A program made the position numbers and the translations under genes. Below the pieces are notes generated by a model. That model was not told the origin of the DNA and searched no databases. It saw nothing but the letters and a program-made list of their open reading frames with translations. Below are positions 11,680-24,260 of a stretch of 64,000 nucleotides of DNA, piece by piece; positions within the stretch are counted from its first letter, which is position 1, and the number at the start of each line of letters is the position of its first letter. Source of the stretch: Callorhinchus milii (Eukaryota); assembly GCF_018977255.1 (NCBI RefSeq), contig NW_024704742.1, forward strand, positions 33,544,001 through 33,608,000, written 5' to 3'.

Positions 11680-11993
11680 CTGAATTTCCGGCTAAGTGTA
11701 ATTACAATCTTGGAAAATGTCAGTAAATGCTGGTGCCAGCATTGTAATTGTTTAAATCCCGTGAATGGAAGATAGCAAAAAAGCTAGCTTCCTCTTGCGG
11801 GATTCAAACCATCTGAGTAGAAGTCAATATCCCTGGCCAGCAAGGACAGTGAGGCTGCTCAGTGCAGCATTAGCTTGTGTTAAGAGAGTTGGTAGTCAGG
11901 AGCCTACATGTGCGCAGGCCCATGGGTTATATTTTTTTGCTTTAAACTTTTTTAAAAGTTTTCAGCTCCCGTACAGCTAGATCTGAATTCCGG
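11680..11993 (+). repeat. Unclassified ~315 bp hairpin-rich interspersed repeat, copy 1
   Basis: Colinear with the reverse complement of 53062-53380; contains internal inverted repeats. Confidence 0.75.
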
Positions 11994-12001
11994 ATACCTG
12001 G

Positions 12002-12155
12002 ACCAGGGTAACGAAAGATCCCATGGCATAATTCGAATGAGTTTCGTCTGGTTTCCTGGCCAACAATCCTCCAGATAAAATTGATCACTGTACTTTACAG
12101 TAAATCCGGTCAAGCAGCGTGAGACATTTCGTAAATTTTATTAAATTCAAGGATT
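12002..12155 (+). mobile_element. Deu-domain SINE fragment
   Basis: aaagatcccatggca...tcctggccaacaatcctcc plus a decayed tail. Confidence 0.6.
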
Positions 12156-14977
12156 TTAAAAATTATTTATCAATAAACTGTTCACTTTAATTGAACTTTT
12201 TTTTCTTATGAGGTTACAATTCCGACATTGGTAAATGTAATTTGTAGTACTAATTGCAACTTGTGAATATTGGAAGCTGTATTATTTGCCAGTCTTGGGT
12301 ATTTGCTGTTCGCCACTTTGCAAATGATTATTGTATTTTTTTGTCAGCCAGGTCTCTGACATGTAGAAACCCATCATGATTCTTGAGGGCTTCTGCTTGT
12401 GCTACACACATTGCAAACCAAACAAAACAGCATTTGAAAGTGGCTAACAGCAAATCCAGAAGCAGGCAATATCTACAGAGGATGTGAATGAGTTTTAGAT
12501 TGAGTTACTGTTCCTTTGAACAACATTAAAAATTTTACTGAAGGTTGCCAACCATATGGAAAGCAGATCCAGTGTTTCAATACCTCCTGCAACCCTTTCC
12601 AACAGATTTGAAGGAAACTGCTCATCACTACCACAGCTTGCAGCAAACATTGCTTATTAAAGGCTCCAAGGAAGCCACAAACTCTTCAAATCCCAAATAA
12701 CCAATTTTATTGTTCCTATACAAACAAATCAAATTCAGAAGCTTTGAAGGAAACCGTCGTTGATGATCACAGATGCAAAAATAGCATCCAATTCTAATCA
12801 CATAATCACTGATGCAAAAGAAAAAAAATGACTTGATCCTGATTCAAGATTATTCCCCTTGGCAATAGCATCCTTGTTTAAGTTTGTGAAAGCTTTTTAC
12901 TTGCTTTCAAAATGGTTACTGTCAGACGACACATTTTTCAAGGTGAAACACAATTACAGGGTGGAACTTGCATCATGTGATGTGGGATGCCTTCCCGACT
13001 TGAAAGGCCCTACACAAATGTAATTTGTTGTTAAGCATCATGAGTAATAATTACCATATTATCTACAGCATTTTCAGTCCTATAAGATATACAACAAACA
13101 ATTAAAAGCTGATAGCTTTTTTTATACTAATATAAAACAAATCCCACAATAGCTTCATTTCAATTTACACCCATATATTTTTTTAAAAATGCATATTAAA
13201 CAGAGATTCATAGAGAACTAACTCTGCCAGAAAAATGCTGAAGCAAGACCTAATGTCAAAAAAATAAAGATGAAATGGGATGTTATCAGGATCCACCTTG
13301 TCTTTTATAACAACAGCTTTGTTCTCCACTTGCAGAAAAATCATGTGTGTTTAGCAGATTCTCACTCCTTGGTATACCACTCTCTAATCCCAAGGAACCA
13401 AATGTGGTATTGGCTTCATCCTTACATTATCCAGTGTCTCCAAGTGCCAAGAAATGCATTTAATCTGGTTGCGGTGCACTTGCCTATTAATCTTCGATTC
13501 AGAGTTCAGTTTATCATTCATCTCAGAGATTTGATACAAGAAGCATGGTTCTTTCTGTACTGTCTCAGGTATCCATTAATGAAGTGTTTGCTTATCTACG
13601 ACAGGCTATCTACGTTATGTGAATTGCTTAAAATTTCACTATAGCTTTCCAAAAGGATAATTCACTATTTTACAATAATAATCCTTGCATTTAATATAGT
13701 CCTTATTCCATCATCTCAATGTCACAAAGTACTTCACAGTATATAGTGCAAAGTGATGTGACTGTATTTTATTGGGCGATTTTTAGTGCATGGTCAATGT
13801 GGTATTCTTCCATTTCCACATGAGAAATTTTGCTATTTAAAGAAAAAACTGGCAAGATGAATTATTGGGCAAATTGCAAAAGTACTATTGGTAGTGATAT
13901 TACATTTTTCTATGGCTAGCTAACTCTTTCAATGCAAATCACAATTACTTTCTTAATGAGGTATTAGACTTATTACCGTGCAAAATAATTTCATACTGTA
14001 AATCAATTAAACTGCTCTTATAAAATAATACTTACATTCAAAGGGTTATATTACAAATTGATGTTGGTACTTTTCTATCCTAGACAAAATGTACGAGACG
14101 TTTCATCAATTTCAATTTGCCTACTGGACAATTCATTAATAGATTGGTTTGGCTGGGTTTGAAAGGACTTTGCTATTACAGTAATATAACATATTCTATA
14201 ATATATTTTTCAATGAAAACACTGCATGAGAGGTTTTGTCAAAAAGGGTAGTGTGAAATTTAGCCCAAGGTTACAGAGCAGTGCCACAAGATTCCCATGA
14301 ATTGGAGCCAGAACGTTTCATATCTGGACCAGAGAAAAATTACAACAAAGTTACATTATTATTAAATAAAGTAATTTTTAAGTTTATATCTTCATCGTGC
14401 TCAAACTATTGGGAGTAAATTACATTTAGAACTGCATTAAAAAATGTTGACTTTTGAAAAAGTCTATGAATTTGCTTGATCAATGGAAAATAATGCTAAC
14501 AAACAGCTAAATAGATTAAAAAAAACTCCCTGGAATCAATCTTAAATCTCAGAAAGATTGCATGCCAAACTGGCATTTTCTTTTTTTAAAAAAAGTGAAA
14601 ATGCTTGAAATTAATTAGTCTAACTTAAATGTTACAGTCAATCATTAAAAGGGACTTAAACTGCTTAGTTTGTGAGAGTAAATTCACCTACATTATCTTC
14701 ATCTTTGCATTTTCCTAACATTTCAATGAAAAAAAACTGCATGAGAGTTTGTCAAACAGAGGCAACACAAGTACAAATCAATGGATAAGGAAGAGCTTTT
14801 GTAGAACTAATTCTATTGGAAAGCTAGCAATTTAAATGCAACTTGGGTAATTCATAGCAGTGAAAACAGAATATATTAGACATAGATGAGTTACATTTCT
14901 TAAAAATAATTTCCCTTCTAGTTTTCCTTCCTTCTCTCATGGAATCTAAGAGTTGACAATTTCCAATATGATTCTTT

Positions 14978-15400
14978 AATAATAATACTTGCATTTGATG
15001 CAACTTCTATAAGATTGAAATGTTGAAACATCTCAAAGCTTTTCACAAGGATTCGCTATAACCGGTTGTAATCATATTTGTAGGCAAACGCAGCAGCAAA
15101 TGTGCATGTAGTAATATCCCATGAACAGCCCTGAAGTGAATGACCAATTTATCTGCAGGATTGTTGGCCAGGAAACTGGAAGAAATTCCATTCCCAAATA
15201 CATTTGAAAATATAACATTTGCCTGAACCAGCAGATGGGATTTAAATTTAATATGTATCCAAAGGATGGCACCTCTGGCAAAGCAGCACTCATTTAGCAA
15301 AACTGGAATATCAGCCTAGAATTGGCTCAGGGACCCAACATATATCTTGAACTCATAACCTTAATAAGGAAACCAGAAGTACATTGCCATAACTAGATAC
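14978..15400 (-). mobile_element. Deu-domain SINE
   Basis: aataataatacttgcatttgat tail; tccaaaggatggcacctctggca; tcagcctaga. Confidence 0.75.
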
Positions 15401-15614
15401 TCTGCTCTAACACTACTTACTTTTCACTGGGTGGATATTTATCAGAAGAAGTTTCCACTTAATAAGGAATCCAGTTCAAGATCGCTGCATTTTAGCTCCC
15501 ATTTAATTCTGCTGAGGTACAGAAGAGTACCAGTGTTACTGAGTTTCAGCAGAAAATGGGAGAGGGAAGTGATGAAGGCATCACAAGTGAAGGAACTTGC
15601 ATTATTTTAACGCA

Positions 15615-15700
15615 TAGGGCACTGAGACCAATTATAATCCTCTATTTTACTGTCATATCTGAAATCAGCAAACTCAGCAAAGACCATGGATCAAAGCAAG
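15615..15700 (-). mobile_element. LF-SINE-like fragment
   Basis: Minus strand gatccatggtctttgctgagtttgctgatttcag...ataattggtctcagtgccc. Confidence 0.55.
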
Positions 15701-17924
15701 AGTTAACCAGTTTAGACACTTTTCGGATATTATAGGAAAAAAATGAATGTTGGATAAATTCAGAAGAATGTGGTACACCCATTCATTCAAGAAAATGGTT
15801 CAGCATCCATACAATGAAAGAATTTGTTGGATTACACCAGTATCTGCCATTCATCCTCATAGCCATATTCCTCTATCTTTCTCCCTGACCTCATGGATGC
15901 CATTTAGCAAGAAGGCAGCAACACTAGCCATTAGTAATGCTTGTATTACCGTCCAATATAGCTGGAGCAAATGGTTATGTGGTGTTGTGCCAGGTGAACA
16001 ATATGATATACTTTGGAATGGAAGTTCACAGCAAGAATTTCCTTGTAACAGTTCTCAGAAAAGTGTGATCAGAATACAATTCCTGGGCAGAATGAGGCAC
16101 AACTGTAATCAAATGACATCCTCATTACATGATGAGAACATAATGCGCTTTTTCCATAAATGCCTGGAATGTCATGATTATCTCAGCTGCCAGCGAAAAT
16201 ATCAAACATTCTGGGATGCCACCCTATGTAAGGGGCACTATATAAATGCACGTTATTGTTGTTGAAAATGGTGTGTAAAAATACAAACGAGCATCTTACA
16301 GTATTTAGAGACTACACAATAAACAAATTCTGCTAACAAAACAAACACATAGAATCTGAACGTCACTGACAGCTGTATACTGTATCGCTGTCTCAAAGTC
16401 CTTGTAAAACAATCCAGACTGGGAAAAAATTACATAAGAATTGCAGCTCAAATGCAGAATCAAGGTTATAAACAGAAGACCTGTCTGTATTGGACTGTAC
16501 CAAATGAAGAGGTTTCAGTCAAATATTGCAAACTAAAATACTCCTTCCTGGTAAATGTTGTGACTTTTCATCATGTGCACTTCCAGTGAGATTTTCTCTT
16601 AAGCGTGTATCACCATCAATATGGCAATCATAGCATCAGTAAAATTGAGAAAGACAATAAATGTGATGGAGAGGATGACACATTGGTGGCTAGAGGTGAG
16701 AGAAGGATTGAGAAGTATTTCAGATGACAAGTATTTTCCTGCATCCTGTCCAAAAATGCAAGAGAAATATTAAATGAGCCCCTCCCAAGTCAAATATTAT
16801 ATTACTGCCATAAGACCTTCAGTTTCACCCTGTGGCCAGCACTTGTGGGGTTGTTTAATCCTCATTAGATATTAAGCTCTTGCATTTTTCTAGTTGTGTC
16901 CCGGATGGGGAATTGTGGCATTGACACTGTTTTTCATAGCAGATTAGATGTGCATATCAAATCCATTATGAATAGTTGTACTTTTCCTCTAACTCTATGA
17001 ATGGGCCAGATAGAAATGACTGGGCAGTGTAAAGTGAGGAGTTCTTTGACTGTTTCAGTGTTCATCTAGCCTGCAGGCAGTAGAACCAGTAAGCAAATCA
17101 GATCAAGACCGATAGGAATAAACATTTCAGGTCGATGTGTGCCTGGTCGTGATGATGAAAGGATAATAACACTCATTTCAATGTAACAGCTGACCTGGGG
17201 GGTACAGGGTACAATTCCTGGTAGGAAAGTTATTCCAAGACATCGGTGTGCTCAATTTTCACATTATCAGGGGTGTGAAGGTAAAGGAATTGTGTAAAAC
17301 AGAGAAAATAAAACAGTTTGGAATGTACACTCAATAGATTGCATCTGCCCATCACAACCCTTCAACGAAAAGAGCTGTGCGAAAAGTGATACCACAGTCA
17401 CATTTTCCTCTTCAGGTCAAGGTTATATCCATCAACAGGAAACACCTAACATTGTGGTCCAGATCGCACTCCAAGTTAACTTTACAGTTTCTGTTTTGTG
17501 AATTTCCACAGCAAGAAATGTGCAAGATTTTCACATCCCACTCATTAGAAGCGGCACCTACTCAGTTTAGTGTCACCTTGGGTATTTTCAATCATGTCAC
17601 TATTAAAAATTAACAAAACTCCATTTGTTAAAAAAGAGTTGAATCAGCCTCACTAGTCTCTGATCATCAATCTCATTCCAAACATTTCTTCAGTGAAGAA
17701 AGCCCTGGGGTAATATGTGAATTCTCTTCTGAACATCAAATTGTGCTCTTTAACTATGTAACCCTGGAGCAGATTTTGGATCATCCAGTTATCTGAATGG
17801 CTGGTTTAAACCTGTGCATTTTTGGTAGCAAAGCCACAACTTCATATTTTCTAGTAAAAGAGAGGAGCTCTGTTGGCAGACTTTGACCTACAGGGTAGCT
17901 TTGTGGGTGCCTGCGTAAGTAAAG

Positions 17925-18135
17925 GGATCACCTGGTTTCCCCTACCAGTGCTGAGTTAGTTCAGGTGGGTTAGCAGCTGAGAGTTACGAGTGATCTCTGT
18001 ACCAGGAAGGTAAAAAAAAAATCAGTCTCCCTAACACAATCAAGAAACCTCTGTCTAAAGTTGTGTATGTGCACTCACAGTCAGTCAAGCATTATAGATG
18101 AGTTACCAAAAGCCCTAAAGAACAGAGGAGAAAAG
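17925..18135 (+). mobile_element. LF-SINE-like relic
   Basis: gtgctgagttag...aaaatcag...cactcacagtc...gaggagaaaa; heavily decayed. Confidence 0.45.
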
Positions 18136-19129
18136 TGTAAAATGCCTTTACGAGAGTGGAGAATTCAATAGTTTTAGGATTCCTGCTTTCAACATGAATA
18201 GTTTAGTTTTAAATAGGTTGTTTATGTTTTTAATGCTATTTCATGTGATTAGCTCTTTCAGAAGAGAGGCTTAGCATTCATTTGTTTACCCAATTTACGT
18301 ATTGCAATTTAGCATTCTGCAGCAGATTGTTTAGAAAACGTCCATTTAAACAATTAATCATATAGTTATGATTTGTTCTCTGGAAGTAAAAGCATCATTT
18401 CAATAAATAAAGAGAAACTACAGGTTTTTATATATTCTTAGGAGAACAGTCAATTATTTTCACAGAACAGCTTGAAATGTTTGCTTGCTTATAAAAAAAT
18501 GCCTACATTTTGTTAGCTTCCAGTCAACATAACCAACCAACAGTCAGTAGTTAGCCAGTAATCATTGTAATTCATAATTCATCATGGTCCAAAGAATCAC
18601 ATCCCCAGGGCATACCAATATAGCTCTCAACGTTCTAAACTTCTTCATAATCTGGATCTTTCTCTGTTGAATTAATATAACAAAGGTAAAAAAAAAAATT
18701 CCCCACTGAACTTTTACCTTTAGTTCATTTCAAGCTTGAAATATACCAACCTACATGTTCTTCTTCCCATACTCTCACTACATTAAAAATTAAAATGTTA
18801 TTCCTCTATCGTCTACTCTAATTTATTCGTTTCCAGGTTCCTCAAACCTCCTGCCACAAGGAGCCTGGCTATGATTTTCCCCATAACTGAATATAAAACA
18901 TAAACCCCAAGCTTGGTCATTCGCCTGTTAAATCAGTTGGTAAAAGCCACTGACCAACGTGACAAAAAAAATCATATAATCCTTATATTTGATTACAGCA
19001 TTTTTCAGTTCAGACGGACACCTCAATCCGCTTCACAAGTTACTACAAAGCTGTGCATTTTGCAAGCAATTGGGTCACAAATGATCCACAGGATTGTAGG
19101 TTTGATTGATTATATCCTGTTAGATGATA

Positions 19130-19553
19130 AATAATAAATAATAATTTGATATAGTATCTTTCATGTTTGGAGGTTGTATCAAATCACTTTACAGGATTTA
19201 CAGTAAATATGAAGTGTATTTTTCAGGCAAATGCAGCAGCCAGTTATGCATAGCAATATCGCACAAAAGCCATGATGTGAATGCCCAATTTTATCTTGGC
19301 CAGGAAACTAGAGGAATCAACCCTTCTCTTTTGAAGTAATGCGATGGGTTCTTTAACGTCCATCTAAACAGGGAGACAGGACCTCAGTTTAACAGCTCAT
19401 CAGAAGAAAGGTACCTTAAAAAAATGTAGCACTCCCAGCACGCAATTCGAGTGTCAGCCTAGGAGAAATTAGTTCAAAGCATTGACATGGGTCTTCAACC
19501 ACATCCTTCTGACTCAGAGACAATTATTCCATCAACTGAGCTAGGCTGGCACA
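19130..19553 (-). mobile_element. Deu-domain SINE
   Basis: Colinear with other Deu copies; head end ccatcaactgagctaggctggcac. Confidence 0.8.
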
Positions 19554-19589
19554 TGATCTCACCCCAAAGAGTAGTCCAGTGTTCAGACT

Positions 19590-19700
19590 CAGGTACTGAC
19601 CTCACAGCTCCTGCTCCATGAAGGGAGGAAAAGAGGTGTCTGTCACTCCTGATCGCTGTCTAGCAACTCCTGCTAGAAAGTGTGTGGATAACAGAGATCA
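19590..19700 (+). mobile_element. LF-SINE-like fragment
   Basis: ctcctgatcgctgtctagcaactcctgctagaaagtgtgtgga resembles the LF-SINE body. Confidence 0.55.
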
Positions 19701-22700
19701 GCATTTCAATGAAGCTAAAATATAGTATCAACATTTAACTCTGAATGTTGTGAAGTACCCCCCGAATACTATCTATGGAATAGGAAAAGCAAATAAGTGT
19801 CCACTTGGCAGAATGTGTATGAAATTGGCCTTTAAGAGCAAACTATTGTCCAATATTGAGCATACAGGCTGTTGTTCAGTTCCACAGCCAGTTGTTGGAA
19901 ATTGATAGAAGAAAATGTTCCTCAATTAAGTTGATGTGATCAAATCAAACTCATGAAAATGTTACATTTTTCAACCACAGAACATTTCATTCATCTGTAT
20001 TCCAATGCAGTCGGTGACACTGGAATCCTTTAAAGGCTGAGTTGAATGCTACTGCTCGGTAATTTTATAGCATTTCTTAGTTATTGATTTGTCCTTTAAC
20101 GACACAACTCATATTTCTGGCAAAGGCCAGCGACTGCCATCAAGTTGTCGCTCGCAATGGAGTGTTCCAGAACCATTGCAATATCATTTGGTTCAATAGC
20201 TTAGTACTGTATATTGTAGCGATTGTTAAAGTAGGACATAAAGCTATCCTACAGATTACAATAAGGTTGTACAATTTTCTTTAATATAAAATAGTTAACG
20301 GTATAATATGGCATGTATTATTTTGTCTCACATGCAAATGGTGCACTTTAGGCCCATCTAGAAAAAAAATAATAAGAGATGATTCCCCCCCCCCCCCAAA
20401 TCTAGGGAAACCTGTTAAACATGGTAAACAAACCAGGATTAGTTCAAATCTGCTGTGGGTTTAACACTCGCAATTATCCCTTCTTTGACTTTCAGCATTG
20501 ACCCTTACAGAATGAAACCCATTGGACTTGTGACAGTGGCCACTGTATAACTGGTCTGCTTTTAATCGTAACAGTGGCAAAATTTAAATAAATTGAAGAG
20601 TTTCTCTTGTGTTTTTTTCCTTCTTTGCCCTTCCACCCCCAAACCCCCATCTGGGAGAGGGGGGGGGAAAGAGGGGAATACGTTCTACGAAATCTTCAAA
20701 TACGTTACCAGGTTTGAACCTAAAGGTTGACATCATACTCTGTCTTGACACCTTACATTCACCAATATCACATTAAATGAAGCCTTGCATAGTAAAAAAT
20801 GGAAACATTTGGCATTTGATATGTTTGACTACTAAGAGTTCAGAAAGTACTGGTCACTGGTACAACTTTGTGTAACCTGCATTACTACCCACAAGACAAC
20901 AGGATAAGTGGTTTGCTGCTGCCAACTAATGTAATAAGCCAACAAAGCCATCAGTGATACTTCCACTTCGTCTGCCAAATGGTTATCAGACACCACACCG
21001 ACATCAGCAATGCTCTTTCCTCTCCCTCAACATGGAAATTAACTCATTGTTTCAATTATGCTAAAGGGTTAAATGTTTTCAGGAGCATCCTATGGACCAC
21101 TGTCAAGCCCAGTCGAATGGATAAACTTAACACGAAGGCCTCTTGAACGCAAGTAATTAAAATGCAGATTAGCCCGAATCAGTTTTCTCGGACATGTCCG
21201 ACAGGAGTGCTTCTATTTTGACAGAGCAGAACAACACAATAAACAAAACAACAAATACTGCAGATAAATAAACAAGTAAAGCAAATGGAAATTTGACAAC
21301 ATTTTAGGATACGTTCATAGCTAGGCAGTGCACAGCAAACTGTACACTTTGCCTGATTAACAATGCATTTATCAACAGACTTATTTAACAATTTTGCTAT
21401 CACATTGTATTATCAAATCATTCCCACTGCCAATCAATATGTACAATCAGTGAAAAATAGACAACTCGTTTCGGTGTTGTTACTGCGGGAAGGGTGGGGA
21501 CATAAAGGCATGGGTGGGGCAATTTTCTGTGCAGCACAGTATTTTAGTGGTTGGATAATCAAAGCATTTTCCCCTTTTGCCTTCAACAGTACCGATTCAT
21601 CACAGGAGACTGAGACAGGTTTTACAGGCAGGAATATAAATGGAACATCTGAGTCCTAAACATGAATTCCTCAATAATATGATTCTGCCAAGTTTCCAGC
21701 CTTTGCAATTGCACTCAATAGATAGAAGCAGGAACACAAGAGGATTCACACCCAAAAGCAGGATGCCTACCACAAAGCAGAGGACTTACCCCATGCAAAA
21801 CATCTTTGCCCAGACATTCCTCAAAGAGCCAGAGAAGGAAGACAGCAAATTAAATAAACAATAACTAAAGATTCATGGAGACTATACTTTTTAAGGACAA
21901 TATATCCTTTTAACATCCACAAATATAACATAATTTAACTAAATGAAAACTAACCGTCAGAGCTAGAAATAATTTTCAGAGCTAGAAAAATAAGTAATCT
22001 TTTGGAAAAAAAAGACGTACAAGGAAAAATTATTTGTTCTTTGCTTGGATGCTAGACCCGGTTTAAATGCTTACGTACAAACAGCTTGTTTACTGATTAT
22101 TGAAAACTAAAGAAAAAAAACTGTTTTAATGCAACATCATATCCAATTGCAGACTCACTTATCTGATTACATACTCTGCAGTGCTGAACTGGATGTGATC
22201 TAAATCCTCAGACGCCAGTGATGCACTGGACTGCTTAGTCCTTACAACTGCCAGATGATTGATGCCAAGTGGAAATCTGCTCTTAGTACCTCTCCACAGT
22301 AACACATGTGCTTCCATTCCACCAGTTAGAGCTCATCACCTACCATCATATGACTGCAAATGAGATCAGAGTCAGGCACACCAATCAGCATTTTCCCCCA
22401 TTGTTTCTTCCCTGCCCCTTTCTATGCTGAGCATTGCCTGCTTTTTGAATAAAGGTTGGGGGGTTACTTTCATAAACAGTACATGGTATTTATACACAAG
22501 TCACAATAGGCTTAGCCCGTGAATTATGAATGGAAATAAAATGACCTAACTCGTACATTAAATCAGTCTCAGTCAGTTATCGGATTTATATGGACTGCAT
22601 TGTCTCTTTATCCTTAATGCAAAAATCCTACTGTTTATCCGTTGGCAAATGGCATTAGCTACAAACACACTCTTTAGTCTGTCAGAACGAATGTATTGAC

Positions 22701-22992
22701 ATTGAGCCCCCTGCCCTTACACAGCGCTGAAACAGGAGAAACACGACTCCTTGTATCCACAGTGCCGCATTAACCTTTACTGAAGATTCTCCCAGTTTCT
22801 CAAATACAACAGGTTCACTTTCAAATGTCCCTTTCAGACATTTTTTTNAGATTTCTGAAGTTGAGCACACCAGCAATTTATAGCCCTTTAATGCCACTAC
22901 TGTATTTCTCCCACAAAATACAGAGTCAATTCACATTACAATATATTCTGTGAAGCACTGTGGGACATCCTAACAACGTGATAAGGCTTGAA

Positions 22993-23572
22993 ACCGCCAC
23001 TACCTCACCCCTCAGGCCGCTGAAACTCTTGTTCATGCCTTCATCACCTCCGGGCTCGACTATGCAAACCCCTTGCTTGTCGGCCTTCCCAACTCCTCCC
23101 TCCACAGGCTGCAAATAATCCAGAACTCTGCAGCCCATGTCCTCTCCCGCACCAAACTCCGTGACCCCATCTCACCTACTATCGCCCGACTCCATTGGCT
23201 CCCTATCCTTCAGAGGATCCAGTTCAAGATTCTGGTCCTCACATACAAAGCCCTCCATGGCCTCGCCCCATCCTACCTCTGTGACCTCCTAACCCCATAC
23301 CAACCCACCCACTCCCTCCGCTCAGCCGGCTCCGGCCTGCTCCACGTCCCCCGACCCACCCGCCCTACCATTGGTGGGAGAGCCTTCAGCGACTCTGCCC
23401 CCAACCTCTGGAATTCCATCCCCCAGTCCCACCTCAAGACCCTCCTCTTCGACCATGCCATCGGCCACCCCCCTTCCCCTCCTCTCCCTTCTCCCCCCTT
23501 GACCCCAGCTTGGGCCTGAAATGCTGTACACTGTCCAACGTGAAAGGCGCTATACAAATCTAATCTTGTTAG
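22993..23572 (+). mobile_element. L2 LINE 3' portion (ORF2 C-terminus plus tail)
   Basis: ORF 23073-23519: LQIIQNSAAHVL...LHWLPILQRIQFKILVLTYKALHGLAPSYL...GRAFS...LWNSIP. Confidence 0.95.
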
Positions 23573-23759
23573 TTGGAATGTGGAATTTTCTGCCAAGAAA
23601 TATTGTTGAAGTCGAGTAAATTCATTCTTTTAAACGGGAAATAGACAGATGGATGAATATGAAAATTGAAGTGGAGAGAAATGAACATCAGAGTGGGAAT
23701 AGATTAGATGGTTCTTGTGAAGAAAAAAACCTTTGCAGACTGGCTTATTTCTTGCTTTA

Positions 23760-24260
23760 CAACAACGACAACAAATTAAATTTGTAAAGCACCTTTCACG
23801 TCGGGAGGACATCGCAAGGGTTTGGTCAGGGATTTGGACGCAAGCAGGGTGTCGGGATCAGGGAGGGTAGAGGGCAGGGAGGGTAGGGATAGGAGCGTCT
23901 TGAGACATGGTTTGAAGGAGATAAGGGAGGGAGCAAGGTGAAAGGACTGTGGGTTCCAAAGGTTGAGTGTAGAGAAGCTGAAGGTTCGACCGCCAAAGGT
24001 GGGGTGGGCCGGACGGGGGTCGTGGAGCAGACGGAACAAGGCCGTGGAGGACCGTGATGGCGAGGGCAAGGAATTTGAACTCTATCGTCTAGGGGAGTGG
24101 AGCCAGTGAAGCTGGGCGAGGGTGGGGGTGATGGGGTGATGGGTCAAGGAGCCTCGTGTGGGCGACGACACGAGCTCCAGAGTTCTGGATGATCTGCAGC
24201 TTCTAGAGGGAAGATTTGGGAAGGCCGACAAGCAGGGAGTTGGCATAGTGGATTCTAGAT
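23760..24260 (-). mobile_element. L2 LINE 3' portion
   Basis: Minus-strand ITPTLAQLHWL and FGGRTFSFS; (CAA)n on the plus strand. Confidence 0.9.

Noticed and set aside
13270..13644. 124-aa ORF
   Set aside because: No known motif or splice context; expected by chance.
15747..16265. 172-aa ATG ORF
   Set aside because: No recognisable homology, non-coding-like composition, and it ends inside an L2 tail.
22157..22352. Minus-strand acceptor/donor pair suggesting an exon
   Set aside because: Stops in all three frames and no other support.
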